Assembly (NCBI GenBank): GCA_951406725.2
Contig: OX597828.1
Location: 26,412,001-26,476,000, forward strand
Source: Octopus vulgaris
Taxonomy: Eukaryota
DNA: 64,000 nucleotides
Reading direction: 5' to 3'
Part shown: positions 15,069-27,673 of the stretch, one piece after another
Layout of the letters: each line of letters opens with the position of its first letter
How positions within the stretch are numbered: the stretch's first letter is position 1
Notes under the pieces: model-generated
What the model saw: the letters and a program-made list of their open reading frames with translations, nothing else
Database searches by the model: none
Told to the model about the DNA's origin: nothing
Made by a program: the position numbers and the translations under genes

Positions 15069-15423
15069 CAAAGATGTCTCCTCTAATCATTCCTGCTAGC
15101 GATGGTGACAGGACAGGAATGGCACACCAGCAGACTAAATGCTTTATTACATTTACTTCCATCTCTCTCTCTTCCTCTGAGTTCAAACCTCACTCTGGTA
15201 AACTTTAGCCTTTGCTTTTCATCCAGCTCTTTTAGGATGAAAGCAATGAATACCAGTCATATACTGGGGCTCAACTCAATAAAAATACCGTGCAGTTTCT
15301 AGTTATTACCTTTTGCATTCTGAGTTTGAATCCTGCTGAGGTGAGCTCTGCCTTGTTGTTCTTCCAACTAAGGGCAAATAAAAAGGCCAATCAACAGCAG
15401 GGATTAATATGAGTCGTTATATC

Positions 15424-15637
15424 AAGGCAGCAAGCTGGCAGAATCATTAGCACGTGGGGCAAAATGCTTCGTGGGATTTTGTCCATCTTAACATTTGGAG
15501 TTCAAATTCTACCAAGGTCAACTTTGCTTTTCATCCTTTTGGGGTTAATAAATTAAGTACGAGTTGCATACTGGGATTGATCTAATCGACTGGTCCCCTC
15601 CCCAAAAATTTCAGGCCTTGTGCCAATAGTAGAAAGG
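15424..15637 (+). mobile_element. Family B SINE with (ATT)n tail
   Basis: aaggcagcaagctggcagaatcattagc head and central ctttgcttttcatccttttggggttaataaattaagtac. Confidence 0.88.
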
Positions 15638-15691
<54 letters not shown>

Positions 15692-15693
<2 letters not shown>

Positions 15694-15897
15694 GGTGGTG
15701 AGCTGGCAGATTGATTAGCCCACTGGACAAAATGCTTAGTGGTATTTTGTCTGCCTTTTTTACATTCTGAGTTCAAATTCTACCGAGGTCAACTTTGCCA
15801 TTCATCCCTTTGGGATCAATATTATAAATAACTGGTTGAGCATCGCAGCTGATGTAAGCAACCAACCCCCTTCCTCAAAATTTCTATAGTAGAAAGG
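15692..15897 (+). mobile_element. Family B SINE in tandem with the preceding copy
   Basis: Same head and body; starts right after the (ATT)n tail of the previous copy. Confidence 0.85.
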
Positions 15898-17037
15898 CCT
15901 ATCATCATCATCATCATCATCATCAACGTCATCGGCAACATAAGTTCTACAAGTAGAGAATGAAAATTTTAGCCTGGACAACTCTTTCTTCAAGTGTGAT
16001 TAATCTGGGTTTTATGTCTATAATTACAAACTGAAATCAGCTCATTGACAGGCACTAACTAATACACACACACACACAAGGGAGGTGGAGTGGGAGTTAT
16101 GAGTAGTGAGGTAGGTGGGGGAAAGGAGAATTAAATGCATAGATTGTAATTATGGAAGTTGTATAGATTAATGCTTGCTCCATTTATGTCCCAACTCTGT
16201 CAATACATTCTCAATTATTGTGTCAATAAAGGAGAACCACTTGTTTATTTGATTAAAAGATTCATTGTTTGCGTGTGTGTGTGTGTGTGGGTGGGTGGGT
16301 GGTGGTGGTGCATAGTGTGTGTGTATGTGTGACTTCACACACCAAAACAATTCAGAACAGCCCCTAATTCCAGAGACATTGGTCTAAAATATTTAGAATA
16401 AAAAACACACCAAAAACATCAAAACAACAATAACACAAACCCAACTAAAAGAAAAACACAACGGTAAACTCGTACGAATATCATTTTGAATTTATCTATT
16501 TACAATTAATGTCCAAAATACTATTTAATAACTTGAAATCTATGAATAATAAATTTAATTATATTGATTTTGTTCTGTTGATATATATAGGTATATATAT
16601 ATATATACACACATAAATAAACATACACTTTATACACACACATACACATATACACACATACATATATAAACAAAGAGCTGAGTATACATGTGTGTGTATA
16701 TATGTATATATATATGAATACACACGTACACATATATACATACATACACATATACAAATATACAGATGTAAATACACATGAATACACTTGTGTATATAAG
16801 AGAAGTGTCACTCTAAGACATTCAATAACATATCTTCCAGCTAATTCATTAAGGTCCCGCCATTAATTACCAAAGATGACAGAATGCTAAAATATTACAT
16901 GGCCACCCCACTGAACCAATAACACGTACTCTGAACAAGTCTGAACATCTACAATGCTGCAGGATGTAGAGGAGAGCCGAGGGAAATGGAGAGGACAAGG
17001 CTCGTCTATGTCACTTGCCCCTACCATTCCTCTTTTT

Positions 17038-17598
17038 CAGCATGGCTGTGTGGTTAAGAAGCTTGCCTTGCAGCCACATGGTTTCAGGTTCAGTCCCACC
17101 GTGCAGCACTTTGGGCAAGTGTCTTCTGCTATAGCCCTGAGGTGACCATTGCTTTGTGAGTGAATTTGGTAGGCAGAAACTTTGTAGAAGACAGTTGTCT
17201 GAATGTGTGTGTGTGAGTGTGTGTATGTGTGTATGCATGTATGTATATAAGTATGCATGTATGTATGTGTGTATGTATGTATATATCTGTGTATGTATAT
17301 ATGTGTATGTATGTATGTATGTATGTATGTATGTATGTATGAGTGTACCCCCTCATTTAATGTCCATTGTTCATTCTGGTATGGAGTGTATGTCTGTGTG
17401 TTTCTTGTTATCCCATCATTACTTGACCACCAGTGCTGGTTTGTTTATGTCCCCATAGCTTAGCAGCTCGGTAAAACAACTGACAGAACGAGTACTAGAC
17501 TTTAATAAAGCTGCTGGTGTTGATCTGCTCGGCTAAAACCCTTCAAGGCTGTGCTCCAGCATGGCCATAGTCCACTGACTGAAATAAGTAAGAGATCA
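17038..17598 (+). mobile_element. Family A SINE (diverged, internal microsatellite)
   Basis: tggctgtgtggttaag head, ttgggcaagtgtcttctgctatagcc core, gtgctccagcatggccatagtccactgactgaaa 3' end. Confidence 0.85.
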
Positions 17599-18172
17599 AA
17601 GACACAGAGAACCCATCTGAATAGTGTTCCAATGACGCAGCACATAATCGAACCAATATCATTCACTCAGACATGGCCCCATATTGCCAACAAGTCCCAC
17701 TTCCTGACTGCATGGCATGGCATTTTCAACCGATATTTGGTATCATCAGCCGTGGGACTGAATTGATCAATGTCCAGCAAGTGGAATTTGGTGAGTGTAA
17801 ACTATGCAGAAGCTACACACAGACACATTCACACGGTCCAATGGCTGACACCAGTAACGGAATAATAGAACACACACACACACACATATATATGCATGCA
17901 CACACATATACATACACATATAAATAACTACTAACACACGCATATTTTTTTTAATCCTTACTTCTTTCCGGATTCTTGTCTAAACATAACATTTGAAATG
18001 TAACCATCATAATTGAAAATATTACATACATACATACATAGGGTATATTTATATATCCTTTTATCTAAACCTAAAGCTCCACTCTAGAATAGTTGAGTTT
18101 CCCATTCTATATATTGACCACTTTTACATTATTGTAACATAAAACAAAGATAAATCTATATATATATATATA

Positions 18173-18985
18173 CAGGGATTAATCTTCTCTCTTCGCTCCT
18201 TTGTGCCACATGGGCTCAACTCTCCTCTTCTCTTCATCTAACCCTCCTTCCCTCTCCTCTCTTCCTCTCACACCTATTTCCTCCTACCCACTTCTCCTCT
18301 CTTTCTCCAACTCCTACTTCTCTTCACTCCTACCCTGCTTCTTTCTTCTCTTCATTCCTACCCACCTTCTCCTTTCCCCTCTCCCTTCATCATCATCCCT
18401 CTCTCGTAACTCCACCTTCCCTATCCATCCCATCCCTTACACCCACTCCCACATACCCCACACTCTACCCCCTCAGCCTAACTTACACCCCACCCTTGCT
18501 TTCCCTACTCTTGCCTCCTTCACATCCTAACACCACCACACCACCCACACATCACCACACCACACACCACAATACACACACACCACCATGCACACACTAG
18601 CACTGACCCCTTCCCAGCCCCACACCATCATCCACACAGCCACACATGCACACATCAAGGTCACCGGCCCTCTTCCACACGCATGTACATGCTCCCTTCT
18701 ACACACGCACGCAAACTTTTGTTTTGGGATCATCACTACTTTATTATATCCCTTTCTTCCTAGCTCTCCTGTGTGACATCTCCGTCCAGCATTCACCATG
18801 ACAGATCGCTAGCCACTACACATTTTTTTATTTTCTCTCCTTGTTTCTTTCTACACTCCTTTCCGTGGAAGAGCGCAGGTTCTGAACATTAAAGACTTTT
18901 TCACTTCCCAAGCATTAAACCAATACATCTGATTGTTATCTACACCACCTGTCTTCGTCTTTTGTTTTCTTGTGACTTCTTCCTA
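18173..18985 (+). mobile_element. 3' end of a Penelope-like element (Neptune-type): GIY-YIG C-terminus, C-rich UTR, hammerhead-bearing terminal repeat
   Basis: 18173-18241 translates QGLIFSLRSFVPHGLNSPLLFI*, matching the LIFxLxxxxPxGLN end of PLE endonucleases; a low-complexity C-rich tract and the D2 repeat (18796-18985) follow; 5' end abuts (TA)n. Confidence 0.75.
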
Positions 18986-19186
18986 CACACACACACACAC
19001 ACACACACGCATATATATATATATATATATATATGTAGACACAATTGTGATAGTATGAAATTAAAATAACACCATTTTGTATCATATTTAATGTATGCAT
19101 GTACACAGCTGAATACTGCAGTAACTGGCCTATTAACAGCATACATGCATACATTACGTATATATGCATTCATTATACACACACAC

Positions 19187-19234
<48 letters not shown>

Positions 19235-19981
19235 TTAAGTTTCGCATCTCATTTCAGAATTCTAGTCTTTTTTTTTAATTTCTAGATTAGAAACGATGTC
19301 TTTCAAATTAAAAGTACAAATTTAATATAGAAATTCACAGAATATCTAATTAGATCGTTGAGATTGTATTAGGGAAATTAAGTATGAATATACACCACAC
19401 CACTAATGGCTAATGGTCAAATAAGGATTGAAAAAAAAAAATGTAGCAATGATGTATTGCTTGGGGGAGGGGGCAGTAAATTGTTTGGGTTAGTATTAAC
19501 ATGATACTGTTTTGTGAAAGTGTTTGTAGATGATGGTAGATGATAATGCAATGAAATGACATGTGAGCCAGTCATGACACAACAGACAGGTAAAAGAAGA
19601 AGGAACGACAACAGATTGGCAATAATGCTCCTCACTAATTAACTTTCGCAGGTGACCATATAACCATAAAAAAAAAACAAAAACAGAAAAACCCGACAAA
19701 CAAATAAATAAAACAGGAGAGGATTAAAATGGCAGGATATATAAATAAATATAGAATATATATACAAATTACATAAGCACACACAGATTAAATAATACAT
19801 GTACAGATATGAGAAGCAACAACAAGGTAAGAAGAAAAAAAAACCCTAAATTCACTCATATTTCTAAAAAAAAAACACACCATCAGGAATAAATATCTAT
19901 ATACATCTGAAATACAAAAATTGGTAAAAAGCAAAAAAAATGTGTATTTTTCTTCTTCCTTTCTGAGGAGGTCGCAATGCT

Positions 19982-20061
19982 TCAAGCCCAAACCCTTTCC
20001 AGTCCCACTGTTTTGAAGTTGATGTGGTCAGTGCACAGCTTGAACTTTGGTAGATTGATGC
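19982..20061 (-). CDS. Candidate terminal exon (G)INLPKFKLCTDHINFKTVGLERVWA*
   Basis: Strong acceptor ctctctcttcttcgttatccgtgtttttcctacag| at the edge of a higher-GC unique island; phase 1 fits the upstream 21997 donor. Phase 0 is also open. Confidence 0.45.
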
Positions 20062-20387
20062 CTGTAGGAAAAACACGGATAACGAAGAAGAGAGAGAGGA
20101 CACAGTCCTCAAGGTGGAAAAAGCTATTGATAGGTAAGGTGTTTTGTGCAGACCTTTGGAGATGGTGGGATGGAAATGAGGAAAAGAGAGAGGTAGATAC
20201 AACCACCACAAGTGGGTTTCAGCAGATTTGATCATGTAGTAGTAGCAGTAGTAGTAGTTGCAGCAACAGCAGCACCAGTGTTTGTAGCATATGGAGAACA
20301 AGTCTTCTGGATGGTATTTATTTAGAATGTGGTCCAGAATGCATATATATATATATACGTATACATGCATACATACATATACATGTA

Positions 20388-20439
<52 letters not shown>

Positions 20440-20441
<2 letters not shown>

Positions 20442-20612
20442 TATGCATATACATATATATATGAATATACATATATATATATGAATATACATATATATAT
20501 ATGAATATACATATATATATATGAATATACATATATATATATATGAATATACATATATATATATGAATATACATATATATATATGAATATACATATATAT
20601 ATATATATATGT
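20440..20612. repeat. 20-22 bp minisatellite (atgaatatacatatatatat)n, about 8 units
   Basis: Direct reading. Confidence 0.9.
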
Positions 20613-20631
20613 ATATATATGTATATATATG

Positions 20632-20678
<47 letters not shown>

Positions 20679-20886
20679 ATATACATATTTATATATACAT
20701 ATATCCATACATATATATGTAAGTATATATGTACATATTACATATGTATATTTTCATATACATATATATATATATATATATATATGCATGTATATATACA
20801 TACATATATATACATATACACACACACACACACATCTCAAACATATACAGCACATATGACTGAGAAAGACACACATCTGCATTATT

Positions 20887-20963
20887 TCAAGTTTGGTCAC
20901 GGGCATTTTTGTTCCGTATAAAGAGTGAAGACAACAGCAAAGAGGATCTGCCTTGAAATATAT
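20887..20963 (-). CDS. Candidate terminal exon (D)[24 protein letters not shown]
   Basis: Acceptor tacattttcag|; unique island between microsatellites. Confidence 0.3.
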
Positions 20964-21274
20964 CTGAAAATGTACATCTGTCCATCATCGAAAGTCAAAC
21001 AGAACCGGAACAAAAACAAAAAAAAGAAAGACAAAAAGCAAAAAAAAAAAAAAAAAAAAATTAAACCGTCTTCTGCTCCCACCCCAGCCCTCCCTTCCCT
21101 GCTCGACGTCCTCCAGACTTCATATTGATTCTTCAGTTTAGATTACATGCTTTACAGGAGAGACAGGATTGAGAAATAACAACAAGAACAACAATAGCAA
21201 TAATAAAGGTAATAATAAAACTCTGAAGCAAAAGAAAAAGAAAAAAAAAAGCAATCAACAATAAAATGAAAAAT

Positions 21275-21321
<47 letters not shown>

Positions 21322-21671
21322 TGAAAAAAAACAAACAGAACAAACATAAAACAGATATAAAGTCACACAAACAAAGCAAAAGCTTACAACCAACGTTATT
21401 CTTTCTTTTTCTGAAATGTTGAATGTTTGCATTGTATGTGTGCATTTGTCTGTGTATGTGTGTGTGTGTGTGTGTGTATGTGTGTGTGTATCCACATGTG
21501 TAAGTGTAAGTGTGTGTGTACGTGATGCATGTACATTGGGATACATGCAAGTATTTATAGACACAATATATAAATATTTGTAATAGTATGAAAGTAAATT
21601 CGCAGGCATGTTGAATTCAGTTGAGAACAGTCGCAGTTGAACAAAATCTGTTTGCATGTACGTGTGTGTGC

Positions 21672-21702
<31 letters not shown>

Positions 21703-21996
21703 TATACACACACACACACATTTATATATATATATATAAAATTTTATAAGTGCATGTGTTTTTGTATGTAGATATGTAAAAAAAGAAAACCTAGATCAAA
21801 CATTTAAAAAAAGATTATAAATATATATATATATACATATATACATATATATATATATATACACATATATATATATACACATATATATATATGTATATAG
21901 ACTGTGCAGCTGTTAAAGCAACCAGCGTAGTAAGAACGTACTACGAACTGGCTGGGAAACAGTGAGAAGTGGGATTAGAAATCGTTGGCCACTAAC

Positions 21997-22074
21997 CTGA
22001 GCTACTATAAAATGAAAGTTCACCCTGGTCCTTTAGGGCAGTCCTAGGCATCCCACCAGTGGATTTGTCCAGCC
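21997..22074 (-). CDS. Candidate 78-nt phase-1 exon, copy 1: (G)LDKSTGGMPRTALKDQGELSFYSSS(G); read-through stop at 21992-21994
   Basis: Acceptor tgttgtgtcccctactccacag|, donor CAG|gttagt; only phase 1 is open; paralogous to 11613-11705. Confidence 0.65.
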
Positions 22075-22257
22075 CTGTGGAGTAGGGGACACAACACTAA
22101 GTTAGACTGAAGATGAATGGTGAGCAAAATATATGGATAAAGCAAAAAATCAGGACAACACATGATGGAACATAAAGAGAATATGCAGAAACAAACAAAC
22201 AAAAAAAAAATAATAATAATAATAAAGAGGCAATGTCAAATAGGCAAAATAATTCTT

Positions 22258-22306
<49 letters not shown>

Positions 22307-22810
22307 CAACAATAACAAAGCTTGGAAAACATCTTCAGTCATCAATACCAAATAGAGTTTGGGATACTTGGACTATTAGAACATGTGTCTGGGAGACACT
22401 TGTAGAGTATGCCACATGTTACACACGGTACCCTATTGTGAATGTGGTATCCTATGTGTAAATGTTTGATAATATTAACCAGAATTAGGTGGGTTGGTGT
22501 ACTACTAGATTTATGATTCTTAAAAAAAATATTTAGAATAAGAAGACACGCATAATAATAAGCTAACTAATATGTCGTGAATTATTTTCACCACCACCAA
22601 AAAAATAAAAAGTTTCAAAAACACTAAATTAAAAAAAAAAATAATTTGACTCCACACAAACCCCCTGGGTACAAGCAAAAGCATGCAAAGTGCTGGAAAG
22701 TGAAGTGTGTGTGTGTGTGCACATTCTCTTTAATTGGAGACAAACTGTATTTTAAAATCCAGTGGAAATGACAAATAATCAAAGGAGTTAATCCCAACAA
22801 CAACAACATT

Positions 22811-23021
22811 CCTTTCTACTATAGGGACAAGGCTTGAAATTTGGGGGAAGGGGTTAGTTGACTATATCAACCCCAGTGTTTCACTGGTACTTAATTTACT
22901 GACCCCCCAAAGGATGAAAAGCAAAGTTGACCTCGGCGGAATTTGAACTCAGAACGTTAAGACAGATGAAACACAGCTAAGTATTTTAACCAGTGTGCTG
23001 ATTCCACTAGCCCCCACCACC

Positions 23022-23023
<2 letters not shown>
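22811..23023 (-). mobile_element. Family B SINE
   Basis: Reverse complement of the family B consensus, abutting (AAT)n. Confidence 0.87.
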
Positions 23024-23082
<59 letters not shown>

Positions 23083-24218
23083 TAATAATAATAATAAAGG
23101 TACAAAACTTAGTTTAATTAGTAAGCTATCAAAACAAAACTAAATAAAACAAAAAAAAAAATTAAAATTCATTCCAAAATTTGGAATTTTTTCTTCCTGT
23201 TTCAATTCCATTAAATTAAAAAGCACCAAGACTTAATTTCATTGCTTGTTTCTTAAAAATATTTGAAAAATAACAAAAACAAAACTTCTCTGATCTTTAA
23301 ATTTTGAAGTGATTAATTAGGAAGTTGATTTTATTTAGAGATCTGTAAAATTGTTTGGATGATTTCTCAAGATAAAACTAGTTATAAAGCACATGCGCGT
23401 ACACACACACACACACACTTCATTTCTAATATTTTGAATAAATTAAACAAATATTTTTCCATGAAAAATTTTAAATAACCATAACTTTGAAGAGAACAAA
23501 GACTCAAGGAGTTTATATGGAAGTGAAAAATTCTTTCTTGTCCAAAGAGTTTTCTTTCAAATTCCAAGAATGATATTAGCAACAAAGACACACACATGTA
23601 TATATATATATATATATATATGACAAAGAAAATGACTCTCGGTATAATATAGATAGGGAATGAAATAAAAACAGACTGAAAGAAGGAGAGAATGAGAGGA
23701 AGCAAAGAAAGAAAGTAAAATTAATCAAATATTGCTCAGTTAACTTAAGATTTGTTTTGTTGTTGTTGTTGTTTTTTCCCTATATACTTCCTTTCTTTTC
23801 CAGTACACCATTTTAATACTTTTACAAAAATCTCCAGCTATCCCAACCACAGACGGACATTGTGGCACCAAAACTTGCTGATCAAACACATTCTATTATA
23901 ATATATTCACAATTTAGGATACAATAAAAAATCAATACACAAAGAAAAGAGAGAAAGAAAGAAAGTCTCACTATTAGATTAAAAGTCATTGATCAGAAGA
24001 TACTACATACATACCAACACAATAAAGTATTAACTATGTTAAAACCACTTCATTAGTCTGAACTATTTTATTTTATTTACTTTTATCCATTTTATTATTC
24101 TATATCAGAGAGGCAGAGATAGGTGGTGGGTAGAGAAAGGAAGGCCTACCCCAATGAAAATAAGTTGGAAATATCAAATTAGATATTTGTAAGAGAAGGT
24201 ACAAATAATAATAATACC

Positions 24219-24257
<39 letters not shown>

Positions 24258-24304
24258 CAAATAATAATAATGATAATAATAATTATAATAATGATAATAA
24301 TACC

Positions 24305-24351
<47 letters not shown>

Positions 24352-24642
24352 AACAAATAGCAACTTCATTCTTTCTTGCTTTCTTTTTTAATGTTTGTTT
24401 GTTAGTTTGTTTATTCACCCTGATGGTTATATTACAAAACTAATAATCTATAATTTTTAATTTTCATACATGTATATATAATCATTCTTCTAAACAAACT
24501 TTTCTATATGTTAGCGGTTATGGAATAATGGGAAGGAGCAGTGAGATCTGTAGAAAGTTGAAAGCTAATTTGAAGTGAAAGAAGAAGATATTGGAGAATA
24601 AAGTCGCACAAACAGGAAATATTACAATGAAGAATGCTTTAA

Positions 24643-24865
24643 CCCTTTCGACATTTAAAGCAGCCATGTAGCCAGCTTAAATATTCTACATGCTTTATGT
24701 TCAAACTGGCCAGATCCAGCCTCTTATACTTAACCTACAATGTCATTCTAAAAATAAACAAACACATCATTGAAATCTCAAAGCTGTGAACTAAACCACG
24801 ATAAATTCAATACAATATGAATAAATAAGCTTTATGTTTTACAGAATTACTTGAGCGCTAAAGGG
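24643..24865. mobile_element. piggyBac-type MITE, 223 bp
   Basis: TTAA-CCCTTT...AAAGGG-TTAA termini; internal sequence shared with copies at 34490-34714 and 36521-36735. Confidence 0.8.
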
Positions 24866-25050
24866 TTAAAGCAAATAATATGAAGCCAATATGGAAATAA
24901 GTGACTGTCTCCCATAACGTATTGTATTGTTGGGGGCTTCATTTACCTATACAAAGTATAAGAATGTAGTGTTGTAGAGGGTCCTGCTAGAAATACTTCA
25001 GGTTGTTGGAAAGGTTTATGCTCAGCAATGCAATCTTAGCCACAGTCTCA

Positions 25051-25330
25051 CATCATCATCATCATCATCATCATCACCACCACCACCACCACCACCACCA
25101 CCACCATCACCATCACCATCATCATCATCATCATCATCATCAATGTTTGATGCTCTCTTTTCATGTGGGCATGGGCTGGGTGGTTTGGCAGAGTCTGGTG
25201 AGCTGTAGGGTCACCTCAGGCCCTAATGTCAGCTTTGGGATGGTTTCTATGGCTGCCGTCCCTTACTTACATCAACCATTTTGCCGAGTTGCACCGGCAC
25301 TAGTGTGGTCACCAAGTAACTAGCAAGACA
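25051..25330 (-). mobile_element. Diverged family C copy with (CAT/CAC)n tail
   Basis: tttcatgtgggcatgggctgggtggtttg...gtttctatggct motif. Confidence 0.65.
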
Positions 25331-26299
25331 AGCCACAGCCAAGAGTAATTCTTTGCCATGTGATAATGTAACTTCATCATATGGCAGGAAGATTCTTCAG
25401 GGATCCAATGTTTCCATAGTGTGGGAAGTGTCTAAATTCATTTGTAGATAGATAATACTGTGGAGGTCTAAGTACTTTCAATGTGTATGCTTCATACAAA
25501 ATATCCATAAAGCGGTATATGACCGATTGGATCTTGATCTCAGAGGGTCAGCATCATTATATCTCAACAGCAATTCGCATCATCATTTGATGAGGCTTAG
25601 AATAGAATGATGAGGTGGATGGGAGTGGTGACAGTTGATGGGTCACATTTGCTAAGACTACATTATATTCGAACTTTTGGAAAAAAAGAAAAAGGCAAAC
25701 TTCACAACAATGTTTTTCTTTTGACCATTTTCACAAGATTTGGTTGAGGGATAATAAACAGATGTCATAACCAGGAATATGGCGCTAAGTTATGGCTCTC
25801 CCTAGAGACAACAAAATCCTAAAACTTAATATTTAAGAGAGAAAACCACAAGTGATGATGAAACTCAGAATGGTTAAACAGATTAGTGGGAAGAGAAGCA
25901 AGAGTGAGGGAGAACAACAGGTTTCCTTTCTTTTAATTTCAGAAAGACGAGGAAAAGCCAGATTAAGTGACTAGTCTAATTCTGTAAGAAATCCAGCAAG
26001 AAAAAAACTACATCCCAAAGTTTTATTAACCCAAATTTAGAGGTGATGAAATAATTTTAGAAATTATTTAGAAATAATTTTAAAAACAAGCTCTCAAAGA
26101 AAATATTGGGTGAGTTATCTGTAATTTTAAAGAATATTTCTCAGATAATGAAATTTTAAAATATTTAGAATATAAAAAAATATCAAATATTTAACCAAAC
26201 CTACAGCATATTCCTCAAAAACCACTAAATACTAAATCTCTCAGACTTCACGGTAACTGACACATTTATCCCATCATATTACATTGTAGTAAGCAAGTC

Positions 26300-26582
26300 A
26301 AGTATGGGGCAAAGTGTCTTCTACAATAGGCCAGGATTGACTAATGCTTTTCGAATTAATTTGAGACAGAAACTGTATGGAAGCTTGTGTGTGTACGTAT
26401 GTTTAACGCCCCTGCCAGAGTTTGACAATTGGTGCTGGTTTGTTTACGTTAGAAAAAGAAATGGGATAAAGTACCAGGTTTAAAAGCAAGTTCTGGGACC
26501 AGGATTGATTCTTTTGACTAAACCCTTCAAGACAGTGCCCCAGTATAGCCGCAGCTCAATGATTGAAGCAAGTAAAAGAAAA
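26300..26582 (+). mobile_element. Diverged family A SINE, 5' truncated
   Basis: gggcaaagtgtcttctacaatagg core and cccttcaagacagtgccccagtatagccgcag 3' end. Confidence 0.7.
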
Positions 26583-26603
26583 ACATATATATATATATAT
26601 AGT

Positions 26604-26803
26604 CGCCATGATAGATCGTTAGCCACTACACACATTTTTTTTCTCTCCTCATTTCTCTCCTTGTTTTTTCTGTGTCCCTTTCTGTAGGAGAGCGTAGGCT
26701 CGAAACGTAAAAGACTTTTTCTATTCCTGAGCGTTACACTAATACATCTGTTTGTTTTGTACACCACCTGTCTTCGTCTTTTGTTTTTTCCGTAAACTCT
26801 ACC
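26604..26803 (+). mobile_element. Solo PLE terminal repeat (family D2) in (TA)n
   Basis: Closely similar to 18796-18985 and 56751-56959; hammerhead-like motif at 26678-26713; TA repeats on both sides. Confidence 0.8.
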
Positions 26804-26845
26804 TATATATATATATATAAATATATATATATGTATATGTGTGTG

Positions 26846-27026
26846 CTAGTGGCATGTAAAAAGCACACATTACGCTCTTGGAGTGGTTGGCATTAGAAAG
26901 GGCATCCAGCCATAGAAGCCATGCTAAACCAGACTGGAACCCGGTGCAGCTCTCTGGCCTATCAGTTCCAGTCAAACAGTCTAATCCATGCTAGCATGTT
27001 AAGCGGACGTTAAATGACGATGATGA
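26846..27026 (+). mobile_element. Family C retroposon 3' part
   Basis: gtggttggcattagaaagggcatccagcc...gcggacgttaaatgacgatgatg. Confidence 0.85.
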
Positions 27027-27039
27027 TATATACACACAC

Positions 27040-27641
27040 ACACACTCTTCGAAAATGGGAGGATGAACAATTAAGTAATAAAAAAAAATCGTCCGCAGTA
27101 CATGACTGGTACTTAATTTTATCAATCCCAAAGGAATAAAAAGAGACGGTCGCCTTCAGCTAGATTTCGACTCAGAACATAAAACAAGATAACTAATTAA
27201 CAATAAGGTATTTTATTTCACCTGCAGCTCTAATAACTGCTTCGACACCGTTCTTATTACAGTAACGATTATGATTATTTTAATCCATAACAACATGCGT
27301 TAACTAAAGAATATAGGCTGTCGTGTATTTTAGCACAAATAAAATAGAACAAAATAAACGAATTTACCACCAAAAATTTAATTTTTTTTTTGTTGTATTT
27401 AGGAGAAACAATATTTAACGAGAATATATACTAGTTTGTTACTTCTTTTTTATAATAATATTCTACCAGGTCACAAATATATAAAAAAAAATTTAAATTA
27501 GAATGACAAAAGAAAGAGAGAGAGAGAGAGAAGAAAATTTAATATTTGGTATTTTCTATTAGAGTTACTTCCCTTAATTTCCAACCTGCTCAATGTCACA
27601 GCGACGACGACGACAGACAGATATACACACACATGTAAATT

Positions 27642-27673
<32 letters not shown>

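Noticed and set aside
9800-20320. Full 10.4-kb tandem duplication (tcttct[t]ggatggtat at about 9801 and 20303, similar offset to the duplicated exons)
   Set aside because: A single ~15-nt match with no further alignable flanks; insufficient without a dot-plot.
25335-25850. Merlin/IS1595-like transposase remnant
   Set aside because: Only a vague VTVDGSH resemblance among many stops; not supportable by eye.
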